A stretch of DNA of 38,058 nucleotides, taken from a virus. Lineage: Duplodnaviria > Caudoviricetes. Position 1 is the first letter of the stretch; every line of letters starts with the position of its first letter. Of the stretch, positions 34,938-38,058 are shown piece after piece. The position numbers and the translations under genes are program-made. The stretch is from IMG/VR virus record IMGVR_UViG_3300047359_000730, positions 1 to 38,058 of that record. One strand, 5' to 3'. The notes under the pieces are model-generated. The model ran no database searches, was not told the DNA's origin, and saw only the letters and a list, made by a program, of their open reading frames with translations.

Positions 34938-37709
34938 AAATGTAATTAATTCTGTTGTTCCGTCTGCTCTCAGTATTTCATAATCTATATATACATCTGA
35001 ATCAGTTGCTTCATCATATTCAGCAAGATAACCTGTAAACAAATCTCCTTCATTTAGATTATTTTCTACATAAGGAAAATCCGCTGGTACATAAAATCCA
35101 GTTATTGTACGGCCTGGAGCATTTACTTGTGCTCTGCCATCTGAGGCAGTAGAAATATCAGATTGTAATTCTTCATAATCTGATGGATCTAATTGAAGTT
35201 CTGCTAGACGCTTTTTAGCTTCGGCTTTGTTACTGTATGTGTTTCTTTTTACCTTTTCAAGAGAATTTTCCATTGCACCCGAACCGTTATACATAAATTC
35301 ATATCCTGGTTTAGTAACTATAACTTCTCCTGTAGACGAGTATGATATATCATTGTCCTTAGGTGCTTCGCCTATGACTGATCCTGTTGATGCATCAATA
35401 ATTTGTCCATCACTTTCTATTGTTTCGTAAGATGCCAAAGCTTCAAGAAATTCGTCGTCGTTTGCTGGAGGCAAATAACCTGATGACTGTTTCTTAGATT
35501 CTGTATTACTTTTCCATATTGTATTTGAAGTAGGGGAGCTACTAACGGTTTTTGTTGTAGGCAAAGGTTTGTCAGACAACCCTATAGTACCAGCTGGTCT
35601 GCTCTCGAATGCTTCGCTATAATAAGAAACTGGATTAGACAAATTTGTCTTAATAGTATTCTGCCTGTCAGGTAAATAAAATTCGTCTTTAAATTGATCA
35701 GACCGTTTTTTTAAATTATTAATATTCTCTATTTCCTTGGGACTATTTGGATCAATTCCCTTTGTTGCAACATAAGTGTTTCTCATACTAGTAAGATCAT
35801 ATACACCAGATGCTTCTTCATAATAACTAGCTGCAATTTTAGAGCCTATTGTAGGATCATATACAAGATCAGGGTTTGATACTAAATCTACACCAATTTT
35901 GTCTGACATTTTTGTATAATTATCTTCTCCAGCTAAACCAATAAATCCTCTGGGTTTAAATGCAGAGCCGCCTGCATCTGCATAAATTTCATCATAGAAT
36001 AAATTAGGATCTCCTTTTATAGCATCTAAAGTTGAATCAGGAATACTTTCTGCTAATGGGCCATATTCATATCTTATTTGTTCATTTGAGAAACCTGCAA
36101 CACTTTTAGTTGCGTTAGGATTCAATGCACTTTGCTGTTCTGCCATTGCTATAATATTAGATTTTACATTACTATCCGTAATTCCTATTTTTTCTAATTC
36201 TGAATTTATACTATTTGCTGAGCTTATTGCTTGCTCTGCTGTTGTTACTGCAGGGAGTTGAGTTGCGGAGTCTATTATGCCTCGACCTCTTTCTTCAAAG
36301 CTAGGATATCCTTTGTATATACTAGTAAAGTTGTCTTCAACTTTATCTGCTTTACCTATCGAATCAGTTTTTGACATATGATTTGAATCAATTGTTCCGT
36401 TGTTTACTCTAAGATCTCTAACCATTTTTCCTAATCTAAAATCGTAGCGATTGTAGTGAGGTTCCAGTGGTTTATATTCGTAAACAGTACTATTAATAGG
36501 TTGTAACTCCAGCGGTTTATTTGGGTGAGCATTTGTGCTACGTCCGCCTGTCATAAGATTACTATTACCAGTAGCAGAATCTGTAGTACTTTTTAGACTA
36601 GCGCCAGTTACGGGATCAGCAACGCTTGTTCCATCTGCGTTTATAACCGACTTGGTAATTTTTCCTGCGCCCCCGGTTCTAATATCTGTAAGAGCTTGTG
36701 TAAAATTGGAGCCTTTATGTCCTACACCATTTATTCCGTCACCGTCGTAGAACCCCTGTCCTTGAGAAAGATTAGTTTTTGGGATAGGAACTCCTTTATA
36801 CTGTCCTATTGATCCTTTTGATACATCAAACGGCACTGGTACACTTGCAAACTCCATGGCTAGTTGTAGTTGGAAATCTTCGTCTGACAATTTTCCGGCT
36901 TTCCATTTTTTTAGTTTTCGAAATCCTTCTAGTCTTATAATTATAAGAGCATCTTGCACTTCAGGAGTAAATCTAATAATATCCTTTTTATCGTTTAATC
37001 CTGCTTTCTTAATACAGTAATCTAGTGTTACTCGAATAAATTGATATCTGCCAACTGCTGACGATTTGCCTGGTCGACCTTCTCTATCGACTAATTTATT
37101 TTGTTTTTCTTCCACATCAGTTAAGGTCATACTGCATAGTCGATTATCAGTTTCCCCCATCCAATGTGCATTATAACCTAGAACACCTGATTCGTATTTT
37201 GCAATTAGATCAAGTAACTTTTTATCTTGCTCAGTAATAGTAATGTACTCTTTGCCGTCTTCGTCTGCACCTTCAGATATGTCTGAAATTTTGTCTCTAT
37301 TATTATATGTTTCTCCACTAGTAGATTGACTAGAAATTACACTTGTGCTACTGTTTAAGTTTATTTTTCTTGCGTTAAAATCACCTATAATAGTTGCTTC
37401 AGGATACTGGTTCTTTATTTCTAGTGCCTTTTCTGTTGTAAGCTTAAGAGAGGCTCCTGCTTCCATAAAATCAGTAGCAGAAACAAGAGGTAAAACTGTT
37501 GCTCCTTCTGCACTAGCTGCACTTTCGATTGCACTCTTGTAAGACGGTAGCCCATTTTCAGGATCATCATTAGGCGGAACAACAACTATAGTTTCGTATC
37601 CTTTTAATTTTAAATCTTTGATAATTCCAGTGAGATTTTCGCCTGTAGTCGCAGCAGGCAAATTTTCATCATTGTTGCCAATAGATATTATTGCAGTTTT
37701 TTTACTCAT
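34935..37709 (-). CDS. Multi-domain virion-associated murein hydrolase (SGNH-like + lambda-R/GH104-like lysozyme + GH19-like), 924 aa
   Basis: LLDLIAKYESG...SAVGRYQF...FTPEVQD...LAMEFASVP (36837-37217); RGFIGLAGEDNY..MS..IGVDLVSNPDLV (GH19-like); N-terminal IISIGNND. Confidence 0.75.
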   Translation of the reverse strand: MSKKTAIISIGNNDENLPAATTGENLTGIIKDLKLKGYETIVVVPPNDDPENGLPSYKSAIESAASAEGATVLPLVSATDFMEAGASLKLTTEKALEIKNQYPEATIIGDFNARKINLNSSTSVISSQSTSGETYNNRDKISDISEGADEDGKEYITITEQDKKLLDLIAKYESGVLGYNAHWMGETDNRLCSMTLTDVEEKQNKLVDREGRPGKSSAVGRYQFIRVTLDYCIKKAGLNDKKDIIRFTPEVQDALIIIRLEGFRKLKKWKAGKLSDEDFQLQLAMEFASVPVPFDVSKGSIGQYKGVPIPKTNLSQGQGFYDGDGINGVGHKGSNFTQALTDIRTGGAGKITKSVINADGTSVADPVTGASLKSTTDSATGNSNLMTGGRSTNAHPNKPLELQPINSTVYEYKPLEPHYNRYDFRLGKMVRDLRVNNGTIDSNHMSKTDSIGKADKVEDNFTSIYKGYPSFEERGRGIIDSATQLPAVTTAEQAISSANSINSELEKIGITDSNVKSNIIAMAEQQSALNPNATKSVAGFSNEQIRYEYGPLAESIPDSTLDAIKGDPNLFYDEIYADAGGSAFKPRGFIGLAGEDNYTKMSDKIGVDLVSNPDLVYDPTIGSKIAASYYEEASGVYDLTSMRNTYVATKGIDPNSPKEIENINNLKKRSDQFKDEFYLPDRQNTIKTNLSNPVSYYSEAFESRPAGTIGLSDKPLPTTKTVSSSPTSNTIWKSNTESKKQSSGYLPPANDDEFLEALASYETIESDGQIIDASTGSVIGEAPKDNDISYSSTGEVIVTKPGYEFMYNGSGAMENSLEKVKRNTYSNKAEAKKRLAELQLDPSDYEELQSDISTASDGRAQVNAPGRTITGFYVPADFPYVENNLNEGDLFTGYLAEYDEATDSDVYIDYEILRADGTTELITF

Positions 37710-38058
37710 GGCTCATCTGCCCTTATCCATATAGTTTTACCACTTGCATTTTTGCCTATTGACCACTTGTCTCTAACATTAGGTCTAAATTCTTCGACAG
37801 TATCAAGAAATTTTTCACCGTATTCTGGCGTCTTGTTAGCAAGAAATGCTTGATCTCCTAAATTGTTAACCGCGGCGCTTGCATTTATAGGTGACACAGA
37901 TCTGACATTGTTAGTTGGCGTATGTTTATTTCCAACAGTTGTAGTTGATCCCTCAGATGGATTTCGTCCACCGAATGCACTATTCAGTGATTTTTTTGCT
38001 TGTCTCTGCGCTTGTCTTTCTTTTCTTTTTAAGTAAGCAGCACTATACTGATAATTTT
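37706..38058 (-). CDS. 3' end of a larger gene starting beyond the right edge
   Basis: The frame of the 63-aa track ORF stays open to the edge (NYQYSAAYLKRKERQAQRQAKKSLNSAFGGRNPSEG...). ATGA overlap with the 924-aa gene. Confidence 0.75.
   Translation of the reverse strand, partial: NYQYSAAYLKRKERQAQRQAKKSLNSAFGGRNPSEGSTTTVGNKHTPTNNVRSVSPINASAAVNNLGDQAFLANKTPEYGEKFLDTVEEFRPNVRDKWSIGKNASGKTIWIRADEP

Noticed and set aside
1149-37542. Many short plus-strand and alternate-frame ORFs (e.g. 30491-30982, 12300-12692, 26094-26459)
   Set aside because: All lie within long minus-strand genes and have no recognisable motifs; they are expected antisense shadows of codon bias.
1-38058. Stop-codon reassignment, tRNA/rRNA genes, mobile elements, strong intrinsic terminators
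   Set aside because: The standard code gives near-complete coding density, with TAA, TGA and TAG all used at gene ends. Gaps are too short for RNA genes; no transposase, homing endonuclease or GC-rich stem plus U-tract was seen.

Overview
AT-rich, gene-dense segment of a large T4-like (contractile-tailed) bacteriophage genome, with all real genes on the minus strand. In transcription order (right to left): the 3' end of an unknown gene; a 924-aa multi-domain murein hydrolase; a gp5/VgrG-like spike with a C-terminal M15-type peptidase; gp25- and gp6-like baseplate wedge proteins; a 4723-aa giant baseplate-like protein; a 204-aa structural protein; three paralogous tail fibres; and two paralogous virion proteins. 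These are followed by a separately promoted, fully overlapping six-gene block: a small protein, two paralogous GT-A glycosyltransferases, an unknown protein, a third glycosyltransferase, and an N-terminal-twitch radical SAM enzyme that the ORF track missed and that runs off the left edge. The main candidate novel system is this glycosylation/radical-SAM block next to the tail genes. It contains an uncharacterised ~90-aa module present three times in two neighbouring proteins. Regulatory signals seen: a TAAATA late-promoter-like motif in most intergenic gaps, a near-consensus sigma70 promoter before the glycosylation block, and an anti-Shine-Dalgarno hairpin around the TAAATA of the gp6-like gene. 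All family assignments come from motif recognition by eye, not database searches.
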